From positions 3,270,001-3,302,000 of the forward strand of contig NZ_CP080507.1 in assembly GCF_019464535.1 (NCBI RefSeq): 32,000 bases of DNA, in the 5' to 3' direction. The notes under the pieces are model-generated. The model was not told the DNA's origin and did no database searches. It saw only the letters and a list, made by a program, of their open reading frames with translations. The translations under genes were made by a program, and so were the position numbers. Below, piece after piece: positions 17,721 through 26,538 of this stretch. This stretch comes from Horticoccus luteus (lineage in GTDB: Bacteria; Verrucomicrobiota; Verrucomicrobiia; Opitutales; Opitutaceae). The first letter of the stretch is position 1, and every line of letters starts with the position of its first letter.

Positions 17721-19088
17721 TCAGCGTTGCCCCATGCTGTTGCTGCTCCCTTGCTGATTGCGCGTCTGCGCACTGTCCGTGCGGTAGGCTTTCCGCGCCG
17801 CATTATCGAGTCCTTCGCGCTCCAGCTTCTGCGCTTCGGGCGCCGCCGCCGCCGCGAGTTGCTGCACCTCCGCATTGCCATAGGTGACCGCCAGTTGATT
17901 CAACTCCGCCGAGCGCGCGCGCAATTGCTCCGCGGCTTCCGCCCGCCGGTTGGCATCGACCAGCGCGATCGCCTCATCTTTCGCGACTGCCAGCACGTTC
18001 GCGGCGTAATCCGCCTGCACCGCATGGTTCGCCGAGCTCACCACGTCGGCCGCATCGGCGCTGAATGTCACCGTGCGGCCGGCGGTCAGCGTCGCATCAC
18101 GACCAGTCACCGCGTCGTTGAAGCTCACCTGCGCGCGGGCGATTTCGCGTTCGCGACCCGCCGCGCCCGGCGCGACTTCCACCTCGAGCAACGCGAATTT
18201 CTCCTGCCCGCCGTAAAGTTGATTCAACGACATCCGGGCCTTCTGCCCGCTGATCTCGCCGTCACGCCCCACAAAACCCACCGGCCGCACACCCTCGGGC
18301 AGCTCGACTTCGACCACGATCCGCCGCGCCACCACGTTGAGCACGTCGCCGAGTTCGGCGGCGAAGATGCGAGGCAGATCGCCACTGTCCTCGACGAAAT
18401 ACGTGTTGCCGTCGCTGCGCTGCGCCAGCCGCGTCATGAGATCCTCGTTATAACCAAGACCCAGCCCGATCGTCGTGACCGAGATGCCCTCTTTCATCAG
18501 CGAACGCCCGAGTTGGCCCAGCGCCTCGGGGGAACTCGGACCCACATTCGCCAGCCCATCCGACAGCAGGATGACGCGATTCACAAACCGCCGGTCTTCG
18601 AGCAACCGCCGCACCTCCGACGCGCCGCGCACCACGCCGCCATAGAGCGCCGTGTTCCCACCCGCTTCGATGCCGCCAATCGCCTGCGCCAACCGCCGGC
18701 CATCGCCCACGCGCTGCGCGGGCACGAGCGTTTCCACCTGATCATCATACACGACGAGCGACACCACGTCATCCGCCGCGAGCCGCCGCACCGCCTCGAG
18801 GGCCGCTTCCCGCGCCTTCGCGAGTTTCTCGCCCGCCATCGATCCCGAGCGATCGATCACCAGCGCCAGGTTCACCGGCGGTCGGAGATCGCGGCGCGGT
18901 AAACGCACGCCGTCGAGCGCGATCTTCAGCACCGCCCGCTCCGTCTGATCGGCCGGCAAAACCCGCCGATCGACTTCGACGCGCAACCGCACCGACTCAG
19001 GCACCGAGCGCACCGCCGATTGGGCGACCGCCGCGAACGACGCCGCGCTGACGAGCGCGGCCGCGAAGGAGAAAAGAAGACGTTTCAT
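17721..19088 (-). CDS. Secreted von Willebrand factor A (VWA) domain protein
   Basis: The internal ATG at 19088 gives the signal peptide MKRLLFSFAAALVSAASFAAVAQS. MIDAS motif LVIDRSGSM, ...GGNTAL..., and LLSDGLANVG. The C-terminal tail is Ala/Gln-rich. Confidence 0.88.
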   Translation of the reverse strand: MKRLLFSFAAALVSAASFAAVAQSAVRSVPESVRLRVEVDRRVLPADQTERAVLKIALDGVRLPRRDLRPPVNLALVIDRSGSMAGEKLAKAREAALEAVRRLAADDVVSLVVYDDQVETLVPAQRVGDGRRLAQAIGGIEAGGNTALYGGVVRGASEVRRLLEDRRFVNRVILLSDGLANVGPSSPEALGQLGRSLMKEGISVTTIGLGLGYNEDLMTRLAQRSDGNTYFVEDSGDLPRIFAAELGDVLNVVARRIVVEVELPEGVRPVGFVGRDGEISGQKARMSLNQLYGGQEKFALLEVEVAPGAAGREREIARAQVSFNDAVTGRDATLTAGRTVTFSADAADVVSSANHAVQADYAANVLAVAKDEAIALVDANRRAEAAEQLRARSAELNQLAVTYGNAEVQQLAAAAAPEAQKLEREGLDNAARKAYRTDSAQTRNQQGSSNSMGQR

Positions 19089-19138
19089 ATGTTTTCTGGG
19101 ATTGAACGCCGCCATTGAACCACTATCGCCGCGCGCAG

Positions 19139-19178
19139 TTGTCAGCGCGGCGTCAGCCAATTGTCAGGGATTTGTCAT
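19139..19178. promoter_or_regulatory. Four direct repeats (TT)GTCA(G/T) phased at exactly 11 bp in a divergent intergenic region; candidate response-regulator binding array
   Basis: GTCAG at 19141, 19152 and 19163, and GTCAT at 19174, all read directly. The array is 51-90 bp upstream of the VWA ATG on the minus strand and 58-97 bp upstream of the ATG at 19236 on the plus strand. Confidence 0.45.
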
Positions 19179-19235
19179 GGCGCGCCTCGCGCGACCGGGC
19201 TTGCCCGCCGTGCCCGCGCGCCTACGTTTCGCCCC

Positions 19236-19877
19236 ATGTCGAAGGAGCGTTACATCGAGGCCAAGCAACGGTGGGCGGAGAAACAAAAAGCCCGTGGCGT
19301 CACGCGCCGCGCGGTCGCATCCGCCGACCGCCTCCCGCCGGGCCAGAAACTCACGCAGGGCTTTCCCGTCCTCGACCTCGGCGTGCAACCCGACATCCCG
19401 CACAGCGGCTGGGCCCTCATCCTCGACGGACTCGTGGAAAAACCCGTCACACTTTCGTGGGACGATTTTCACGGGCTGCCGCAGGTCGACGACGTGAGCG
19501 ACTTCCACTGCGTCACGACGTGGAGCAAATACGACTGCCGCTGGGGTGGCGTCGCGTTCACCACACTCTACGAACTCGTCCAACCGAAAACCGAAGCCCA
19601 ATTCGTTTACTTCACCAGTTACGACGGCTACTCCACCAACGTCCCGCTCGCGCAATGCCTCGACGACGACGTCCTCGTCGCCACGTCCTTCGACGGCGGC
19701 CCGATCCCGCGCGAACATGGCGGACCGGCGCGGGTGATCATCCCGAAACTCTACGCCTGGAAAGGCGCGAAGTTCATCAAGGGCCTCACGTTTCTCGCCG
19801 AGGATAAACTCGGATTTTGGGAAGTGCGCGGCTACTCCAACACCGCCGATCCCTGGACCGAAGACCGCTACGCCTGA
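19236..19877 (+). CDS. Sulfite-oxidase-fold molybdopterin-dependent oxidoreductase, small cytoplasmic type
   Basis: The ATG at 19236 gives MSKERYIEAKQRW... Segments DFHCVTTWSKYDCRWGGV (Mo-ligand Cys context), HGGPARVIIPKLYAWKGAKF and GFWEVRGYSNTADPWTEDRY. No signal or TAT peptide. Confidence 0.85.
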   Translation: MSKERYIEAKQRWAEKQKARGVTRRAVASADRLPPGQKLTQGFPVLDLGVQPDIPHSGWALILDGLVEKPVTLSWDDFHGLPQVDDVSDFHCVTTWSKYDCRWGGVAFTTLYELVQPKTEAQFVYFTSYDGYSTNVPLAQCLDDDVLVATSFDGGPIPREHGGPARVIIPKLYAWKGAKFIKGLTFLAEDKLGFWEVRGYSNTADPWTEDRYA

Positions 19878-20482
19878 CGCCGCGCCTCGCCGCTCGCCGG
19901 CGGCTCATTCCAGTTTTCAAACGACGCCGCGTCCATCGCACCGATTTCCACGATCGCGAAACGCGCCGCCTCCGCCGTGAGCAAGCGTTGCAACGACCGC
20001 TCGCCGCGCGCCAGCGCCCGCTCCGCCGCCACCAAAATCTCCCGCGGATAAATCGCCGCCAGCGGCTCGAAAAATCCTTCGCGCCGCCCCACCGCGCCCC
20101 GCCCCGGCCCACACGCCGCCGACAACCGCCTCAACCACGCCGCTTCCATCCGCGGCAAATCCACCGCCAGCACCGCAAGGTGCGTCGCCGTGCTCGCCGC
20201 CAGCGTGGCGGCAATTCCCGCGAGCGGGCCCGCGTCCACCACGCGGTCGTGCACCACGCGCCCCGACGCCTCCGCGGTCGCCCACGCCTGTTCCGGCCGC
20301 GCCGATAACCACACCTCCGCCGCGCCCGCCTCGCGCAGCACGCGCTCCTGCCGCCGCCAAAGCGCTTCCCCGTTCACCTCCAGCAACGCCTTCTCGCGCC
20401 CCATCCTGCGCGAGTGTCCGCCCGCCAGCACCACCCCCGCCCAACGCAACGGCAACGGACTCGGGTTTTCGATGGACGACAT
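19868..20482 (-). CDS. mobA: Molybdenum cofactor guanylyltransferase (MobA)
   Basis: The ATG at 20482 gives MSSIENPSPLPLRWAGVVLAGGHSRRMGREKALL (LAGGxSxRMG motif) and VLAVDLP. The 3' end overlaps the convergent Mo-enzyme gene by 10 bp. Confidence 0.85.
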   Translation of the reverse strand: MSSIENPSPLPLRWAGVVLAGGHSRRMGREKALLEVNGEALWRRQERVLREAGAAEVWLSARPEQAWATAEASGRVVHDRVVDAGPLAGIAATLAASTATHLAVLAVDLPRMEAAWLRRLSAACGPGRGAVGRREGFFEPLAAIYPREILVAAERALARGERSLQRLLTAEAARFAIVEIGAMDAASFENWNEPPASGEARRQA

Positions 20483-20565
20483 CTCAGAGCTGATAACTGG
20501 TGCGGTAACTACGCACAAGTTCCCGTTGGACAGCCCGCCGCGGCGTCGCATCGTCGAGCGCCGAC

Positions 20566-21891
20566 ATGGCCAGTTCCAACACCCCGCTCGCCAACAAAAT
20601 CCTCGCCGGCCTCGCTGTTGGCGTCGTGGCTGGATTGCTCACGCTCGCGCTCGGCCATTTTGCGCCGGCCGTCCTCACCGGCGCACGCCTCGCGTCTTCG
20701 CAGCTCTTCGATCCGCTCGGCCAGGTCTTCCTCCGCCTCCTCTTCTTCGTCGTCATCCCGCTCGTGTTCGCCTCGCTCACCGTCGGCGTCGTGCAACTCG
20801 GCCGGCTCGACCGGCTCGGCCCCCTCGCCGGGCGCACCTTTACGCTCTTCTTCGCCAACATGGCCATCGGCGTCGGCCTCGGCCTGATCATGATGAACGT
20901 CCTTCGGCCCGGCAATCACCTCGCCGACGACGCCAAAGCCCGCCTGCTCGCCGAATACGGCGGCGCCGCGCAGCAACACATCGCCACGCACGCCGCCCAG
21001 CCGTCGATGAACCTGATGACGCTCGTCGAAATGTTCATGCCGAAAAACCTCCTCGGCGCCGTCGCGGGCCACTCCAACAACATCCTCGGCGAGGTGCTTC
21101 CGCTCATTCTGTTCGGCATTCTCGTCGGCGCGGTCGGCACCCAGCTCAGCGAGGAAAAACGCCAGCGGCTGCAGTCCTTTCTCGAACTCATCGCCGAGCT
21201 GATGACGGGCATCGTGCACTTCGCGTTGAAACTCGCGCCCTACGCCGTCGCCGCGATGATCTACAGCGTCGTGGTCAAAGTCGGCACCGACATCCTCGTG
21301 GCCCTCGGCGTGTTCGTCCTCGGCTGCATCGCCGTGATGCTCCTGCACCTTTTCGGCACGATGTCGATCTGGCTGAAAATGTGGACCACGCGTTCGCCCG
21401 CGCAGTTCTGGCGCGATATCCGCACCGTCCTCGTCACCGCGTTTTCCACCAGCTCCAGTAACGCCACGCTGCCCGCGGCCCTCGATTGCGCGCGCGATAC
21501 GCTCAAGATTCAGCCCAGCGTCGCGGGCTTTGTGCTCCCGCTCGGCACCACGATGAACATGAGCGGCACCGCGCTCTACGAAGGCTGCGTTGTCCTCTTC
21601 GTCGCGCAGGTGTTTGGCGTCGAGCTCAGCCTCGTCCACCAGATCGTTCTCCTCGTGCTCGCCGTCTTCAGCGCCGTCGCCGTCGCCGGCATTCCCGGCG
21701 GTTCGCTGCCATTAATCGCGGGGCTGCTGGTCACGTTCGGCATTCCCGCCGAGGGGATCGGCATCGTCCTCGGCGCCGACCGCATCCTCGATATGATGCG
21801 CACGATGATCAACGTCGGCAGCGACATGGTCACCACCGCCGTCGTTGATGCACAGGTGCTGCGCGCCGAAGCCCGCCGCGCCGTCGCGTAG
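20566..21891 (+). CDS. Dicarboxylate/amino acid:cation symporter (DAACS; GltP/DctA-like)
   Basis: 441 aa, polytopic. AFSTSSSNATLP, LPLGTTMNMSGTALY and IPGGSLPL hairpin motifs, plus DRILDMMRTMINVGSD. Confidence 0.92.
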   Translation: MASSNTPLANKILAGLAVGVVAGLLTLALGHFAPAVLTGARLASSQLFDPLGQVFLRLLFFVVIPLVFASLTVGVVQLGRLDRLGPLAGRTFTLFFANMAIGVGLGLIMMNVLRPGNHLADDAKARLLAEYGGAAQQHIATHAAQPSMNLMTLVEMFMPKNLLGAVAGHSNNILGEVLPLILFGILVGAVGTQLSEEKRQRLQSFLELIAELMTGIVHFALKLAPYAVAAMIYSVVVKVGTDILVALGVFVLGCIAVMLLHLFGTMSIWLKMWTTRSPAQFWRDIRTVLVTAFSTSSSNATLPAALDCARDTLKIQPSVAGFVLPLGTTMNMSGTALYEGCVVLFVAQVFGVELSLVHQIVLLVLAVFSAVAVAGIPGGSLPLIAGLLVTFGIPAEGIGIVLGADRILDMMRTMINVGSDMVTTAVVDAQVLRAEARRAVA

Positions 21892-21929
21892 CCCGCGGGC
21901 GCCGCCGCCGCGCCCTTCGCCAGCCGCGC

Positions 21930-24482
21930 TCAAACGTAGCTGTCCGCCAGCGACCGCCACCGCAGCCGCGCCTTGAGCTGCGCCGCCGTCAACGGCTTCG
22001 CCAACGTCACCTCGACGGTTTTTGCGCGCCCCGGATATAGTTCGAAGTAGTTGTCGCTCGACCGCGCCGTCGCCTCCGCGCCCGCGATTTCAAACGCGAA
22101 CCGGTGCTGCAACGCATCCGACGTGAACGTCAGCTCCGCCGCCGTTTTCCCTTGCCACTTCACCGCTACTTTCGTCTTCGCGCGCGGCAGCGCCACGAAC
22201 CGCGGCGGCGTGAGAAACACTGTTTCCTCACTCGCCACGCGCCCGCCGATGTCCAAGGCGATGCGCAGGTAAAGATTGTCGCGCCCGTATTTTGTCATCG
22301 CTGGAGCGAGATCGAGCGACGCTTGCTTCACGCTCTCCCCGTAGTTGAGCGCCACCGCTTTTTTGCCCTGCAACACGCGTTCGCCGCTGAGGGCGCACAA
22401 TTCCCAGCTCACCGTGCCGCGCGCCTTTTCCGGCGCATCGTAAACCGTGTAAACATGCACCTCGCGCACCGTCGTGCGCCGGTAGTTGCCGATGGTCGGC
22501 GCCTCGTCGCCCGGCACGTGCGCCGTCACCAACGCCGGCGCGAAAAACCGCCGCGCCACATGCTGCAACGCCTTCCACCGCCCGGTGAACTCGAGCGAAC
22601 TCCACGACGCCACCGGCCAGCAATCGTTGAGCTGCCAGTAGAGGGCGCCCATGCACCGCGGCATCGTGCGCCGGTAGTGCTCGACGCCCATCTGCATGCA
22701 ATACGCCTGGTTCAACTGCGACAGATAGATCAACGCATCCTGGTCTTTGGGAAACCGATACCGCCGCGACACGTAGTCGAGGATGATCTGGTTGCCCGCC
22801 CGGTTCTTCTGATGGTTCTCCATCGTCGCTCCAAACACGTTGGCGTCGTCCTGCGCGCAAAACGTCGCCTGCGTCGCCGGCGATGCATAGCTTTGCATCC
22901 CGAATTCCGACACGAAACGGAAATTCCATTTCTCGTAGTCCTTCACCGGATGCCGCGCATGCCAGACATCCCAGAAATGCGTGTCGCCCGTCTTCTCGCC
23001 GAGCTCCTTCACCGCGTAGTCGTTGCTCCGCCCCTCGCCGCGGTAAGGCGACGTCGGCCAGTACGGCGTCACGCCATCCTCCGCCGCGACCACCTCCGGC
23101 AGCACGCGATGAAACACCGCGTCGTACTTCCGCCGCCGCGTCTCGTCCTTCTTCAACGCGTCCCAGTTGAGCGTCTCGATCTCGTTGTTGCCGCACCACA
23201 ACGCCAGGCACGCGCGATGCCGGATGCGCCGCACCTGAAATTCCGCTTCCGCGCGCACGCTCCGCAGAAACGCCTCGTCGCCCGGATACAACGTGCAGGC
23301 AAACATGAAGTCGTGCCACACGAGCAACCCGCGCTCGTCGCACAGATCGTAGAAATCCTCGCTCTCGTAAATCCCGCCGCCCCAGATCCGCAGCATGTTC
23401 ATGTGCGCATCCGCCGCCGACTGGATGTCCCGCGCATAGTCGGCGCGCGCGAGCGTCGTCACGAAGGCATTCGCCGGAATCCAGTTCGCCCCCTTCGCAA
23501 ACACCCGCCGGCCGTTCACGACAAACGCGAACGACTCGCCCCACTCGTCCGCCTTGCGCTCGAGCTCGATCGTGCGCAGCCCGATCCGCCGCGTCCACCT
23601 GTCGAGCACCGCGCCGTCCGCATCGCGCAACTCCACCGTCACCCGATAAAGCGGCTGCGCGCCGTGATCGTTCGGCCACCACAATTGCGGCTCCTTCACG
23701 TGCAACGCCAGCCCCGCGTCCGTATCCGTCGCCTCGTCCGCAGAGCCCGGTGCCCCCGTCACTTTCGCCGCGCTCGCCACTTCCTTTCCCTCCAAGTCCA
23801 TCGTCACGTAATAAGTGACCTCCGTCTTTCCCTTCGCCGCCGTCGCATGCTCCGGCGCGACCCGCACGCGCACGCCATCTGCCCCATGCGCCTGCGTCAC
23901 GCGCACGTCCGTCAGCCGCGCCGCGCTCCAGCTCTCGATCCGCAGCGAGCGCCACACGCCCGCGCTCACGAAACGCGGACCCCAATCCCAGCCAAACTGG
24001 CACTGCTGCTTGCGCATCGTCGAACACCGGCCCACCGGATCGTTGAACTCCTTCGGCTGGTGTTCGAGCCGGTGCGTGCGAATGAATTCCGCCGCGCTCG
24101 CGAAACGAATCGTCAGCTCGTTGCGACCCACCTTGAGCCGCCGTTTCACGTCCCACCGCCAGCCGATGAACATGTTGTCCGTCGCGGCGAGCTTCTTTCC
24201 GTTCAACGTCACCGTCGCCAGCGTATCGAGCCCGTCGGCGACGAGCTCCACCACCGCCTCCGCGAGCGTCGCGCGCGTCACGTTGAACGTCGCCCGATAT
24301 TCCCAATCGCGCTCCTCGATCCATTGCAGGTCGAGTTCGTTCGTGCCGAAAAACGGATCCGGAATCTTGCCGGCCCGGTGCAAATCCGTGTGCACGCAGC
24401 CCGGCACTTGGGCCGGCAGCCACGTCTTCGTCGCGGCATCGCGAAACGTCCAACGCGCAGCGGAGAGATCGAGAGAAGGCAT
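21930..24482 (-). CDS. GH2-family beta-mannosidase, no signal peptide
   Basis: 850 aa. The N-terminus WLPAQVPGCVHTDLHRAGKIPDPFFGTNELDLQWIEERDWEY is characteristic of beta-mannosidases. WCGNNE and FVSEFGMQS give the catalytic acid/base and nucleophile context. Confidence 0.9.
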   Translation of the reverse strand: MPSLDLSAARWTFRDAATKTWLPAQVPGCVHTDLHRAGKIPDPFFGTNELDLQWIEERDWEYRATFNVTRATLAEAVVELVADGLDTLATVTLNGKKLAATDNMFIGWRWDVKRRLKVGRNELTIRFASAAEFIRTHRLEHQPKEFNDPVGRCSTMRKQQCQFGWDWGPRFVSAGVWRSLRIESWSAARLTDVRVTQAHGADGVRVRVAPEHATAAKGKTEVTYYVTMDLEGKEVASAAKVTGAPGSADEATDTDAGLALHVKEPQLWWPNDHGAQPLYRVTVELRDADGAVLDRWTRRIGLRTIELERKADEWGESFAFVVNGRRVFAKGANWIPANAFVTTLARADYARDIQSAADAHMNMLRIWGGGIYESEDFYDLCDERGLLVWHDFMFACTLYPGDEAFLRSVRAEAEFQVRRIRHRACLALWCGNNEIETLNWDALKKDETRRRKYDAVFHRVLPEVVAAEDGVTPYWPTSPYRGEGRSNDYAVKELGEKTGDTHFWDVWHARHPVKDYEKWNFRFVSEFGMQSYASPATQATFCAQDDANVFGATMENHQKNRAGNQIILDYVSRRYRFPKDQDALIYLSQLNQAYCMQMGVEHYRRTMPRCMGALYWQLNDCWPVASWSSLEFTGRWKALQHVARRFFAPALVTAHVPGDEAPTIGNYRRTTVREVHVYTVYDAPEKARGTVSWELCALSGERVLQGKKAVALNYGESVKQASLDLAPAMTKYGRDNLYLRIALDIGGRVASEETVFLTPPRFVALPRAKTKVAVKWQGKTAAELTFTSDALQHRFAFEIAGAEATARSSDNYFELYPGRAKTVEVTLAKPLTAAQLKARLRWRSLADSYV

Positions 24483-24710
24483 CGCCCGCCGTTGAGCCCG
24501 ATTTTCGCGCCGCGCGCGAACAGAATCCGGCGCAAAAACATTCCAACGTTGCCGCCAATCGTGCCGCCGCCTCGCAACGCCCCGCGCGCTCCTTTCAGCA
24601 GCACCCCTCCGCCGCCAACACCGCCCACGCTCCCGCCGTCTCCCGTTTCCTCTGCGTCGAAAGTCCGTCTTCTCCCTGTCCCATACCTCAGCCGACGCCG
24701 CGCCGTGAAC

Positions 24711-25769
24711 TCACGCTCCCACCGCACTGCGCTCCACCGCCCCCTCCCGCTGCGGGAGCGGCGCCACGTATTGATACGTCGGGTCCACCGCCTGCCGCCG
24801 CAGGATCGCGATGATCTGACGCCACGCCGGCACCAAGCCATTCGGGCACGGCGGCATGTCCGGCAGGATCGCCTCGTGCAACTTCTTCAAATTGTAGCAC
24901 GGCACCGCTGCATACATGTGATGCTCCGTGTGGTAGTTCATCTGCCAGTAGAGAAAACGCAGCACCGGGTTCAGTTCGATCGTGCGGCAGCACAGCCGGA
25001 AATCCGGCACCTTGTCCTGCAAGCCGACGTGCTGCGTATGGTTGCACAATAAAAACAGCCACGCGCCATAGAACGGCGCCAGCGACAACAGCACCGGCAC
25101 GATCCACAGCGGCCGCCCCACCACGAACGACAGCGCGACCGACACCGCCAGAATCGCCGCGTGCCCCAGCAGCAGCCGCCGCGACCACGCGATCGCCGCC
25201 GCGCGCAACGCCGGCTTCTCCGGCGGAAAACACGTCAGCTCCCACTCGCCCTGGAACCGCCCGCGCGCGATCCGCCATTGATACGGCACCGCCCATTTCA
25301 GGAACGGCCAGTTGAAGAACGCCTCCTGCAGATAACGCCGCAAAAGGATTTTCGTCGGCAGCACGACCTCCTGGTCATCCGGCGCGTGCAACGTGTAGCG
25401 GTGGTGCCGCTGGTGGCTCGCATCGAACATCTCGTAGTTCAGCCACCCGAAAAACGACAGCACCTGCACGAAAAATTTATTCAACACCTTCGTCTTGAAC
25501 ACCGTGCCATGCCCCAGCTCGTGCATGCCGTTGGTGTGGAACGCCGACACCATCCCGTGGAGAAAAATCAGCCCCAGCGTCGCCCACCACGGCCAGTGCC
25601 GCCACCACGAGACAAACGCGAGCGTCGCTGTCGCGAGCACCACGGCGAGAAACCCGCCCGTCTGCACCCAGCCCTTCACGTCGCTGCGTTCGTGCAATTT
25701 TTTAAACAGCGCCGGCGGCAGCGGGCTGCGATACCAATCGACGACGGCGGGAGAACGCGTTTCGCTCAT
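24711..25769 (-). CDS. Membrane fatty-acid desaturase family protein (three His boxes)
   Basis: The internal ATG at 25769 gives MSETRSPAVVDWY... His boxes are HELGH, HQRHHRYTLH and HTEHHMY, with hydrophobic segments between them. Confidence 0.88.
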   Translation of the reverse strand: MSETRSPAVVDWYRSPLPPALFKKLHERSDVKGWVQTGGFLAVVLATATLAFVSWWRHWPWWATLGLIFLHGMVSAFHTNGMHELGHGTVFKTKVLNKFFVQVLSFFGWLNYEMFDASHQRHHRYTLHAPDDQEVVLPTKILLRRYLQEAFFNWPFLKWAVPYQWRIARGRFQGEWELTCFPPEKPALRAAAIAWSRRLLLGHAAILAVSVALSFVVGRPLWIVPVLLSLAPFYGAWLFLLCNHTQHVGLQDKVPDFRLCCRTIELNPVLRFLYWQMNYHTEHHMYAAVPCYNLKKLHEAILPDMPPCPNGLVPAWRQIIAILRRQAVDPTYQYVAPLPQREGAVERSAVGA

Positions 25770-25944
25770 GACTACCTCGCACGTAGGCGGCGGCCACGGC
25801 CAAGGCAAGTCTCCCGCCACCGAAATTTCACCTCGGCCCGCGCCGCTCCTCCGCGTGTCCACCGCGCGTTCCGCCCCCGTTTCATCCGCCCGGCGGCGCC
25901 GCGCGTCCCGCCAGCGCTCCGCCCGGCCTCCCTCTGCGGTCCGC

Positions 25945-26280
25945 CTACGCGGTCATGATCTTCGCCTGCTTCGTCAACGTCTTCTCCAGGCTGCCGCAGA
26001 CCAGGTCGCACAACTGATAGACCGTCGGGTCCGCGATGGCGTAAAACACCTGCAAACCGTCCTTCCGTCGCGACAACAGGTTCGCCTGCGTCAGCGTCTG
26101 CAAGTGCCGCGAAACATTGGCCTGCGTGCCGTCAACCTCCGCCACGAGCGTATTCACGCTCTTTTCGCCGTCGAAGAGCGCGTGCAGCAACCGCAGGCGC
26201 AGCGGTTCCGCCAGCACGCCGAAGCGGCGCGCCACCAGCCCCAGCGCTTCTTCGGACAACGGACGAGGTTTCTTTGGCAT
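25945..26280 (-). CDS. ArsR/SmtB-family winged-helix transcriptional regulator
   Basis: LAEPLRLRLLHALFDGEKSVNTLVAEVDGTQANVSRHLQTLTQANLLSRRKDGLQVFY is a typical ArsR HTH core. There is no CVC-type alpha3 metal site. The C-terminus has a CDLVC pair. An alternative ATG at 26307 would add MVRSCPLCR (a CxxC). Confidence 0.87.
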   Translation of the reverse strand: MPKKPRPLSEEALGLVARRFGVLAEPLRLRLLHALFDGEKSVNTLVAEVDGTQANVSRHLQTLTQANLLSRRKDGLQVFYAIADPTVYQLCDLVCGSLEKTLTKQAKIMTA

Positions 26281-26312
26281 GCGGCAAAGAGGGCAAGATC
26301 GAACCATAAAGT

Positions 26313-26336
26313 CAAATATACGGATATGCGAATATA
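26313..26336 (-). promoter_or_regulatory. Operator-like box A: three tandem octamers TATATTCG-CATATCCG-TATATTTG (read on the minus strand) just upstream of the ArsR gene
   Basis: Read directly. 20 of 24 positions match box B when reverse-complemented. Confidence 0.45.
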
Positions 26337-26538
26337 CTAATACCGCTCCGGCGGCGCATTAGCCCGGCTGCCACCCGCCGCCGGGGCGTCGGCCGCCTTC
26401 CCCCGCCCCGGCGCGGCACGTGGTTCGCCGCCTGCCGCCGCCCCGCCCCGCGATGCGCCGCGCCCCGAGGCCGGTTGACGCCTCCGCGAGCGGCCGCGCG
26501 CGGGCCGGCCGGATCCGCCGCCGCCGCGCAATTACGGG

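Noticed and set aside
21897-21915. Hairpin GGGCGC-CGCCGCC-GCGCCC between the convergent symporter and beta-mannosidase genes as a bidirectional terminator
   Set aside because: The stem is only 6 bp and has no U-tract on either strand, which is too weak to call.
21930-24482. The beta-mannosidase as part of a mannan-utilisation locus
   Set aside because: Its neighbours are an amino-acid/dicarboxylate symporter and a desaturase. There is no transporter, regulator or other glycoside hydrolase alongside it, so it looks like an orphan cytoplasmic enzyme of ordinary interest.
22104-25052. A 982-aa open reading frame on the plus strand spanning the beta-mannosidase gene, the intergenic gap and part of the desaturase gene
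   Set aside because: It is antisense to two ORFs with strong family motifs. Its translation is dominated by Arg/Pro/His/Ala runs (RRRR, PPPP, HRH) with no recognisable domain. Long stop-free antisense frames are expected at this GC content.
26340-26530. Small ORFs (26312..26545 and 26337..26531, minus strand) and G-quadruplex/i-motif potential (C4-5 runs at 26400-26409, 26441-26449 and 26463-26466) in the GC-rich spacer
   Set aside because: The ORF translations are Arg/Gly/Ala/Pro junk. The C/G runs are what one expects in a very GC-rich sequence, and one loop would be over 30 nt. This is not convincing without biophysical data.
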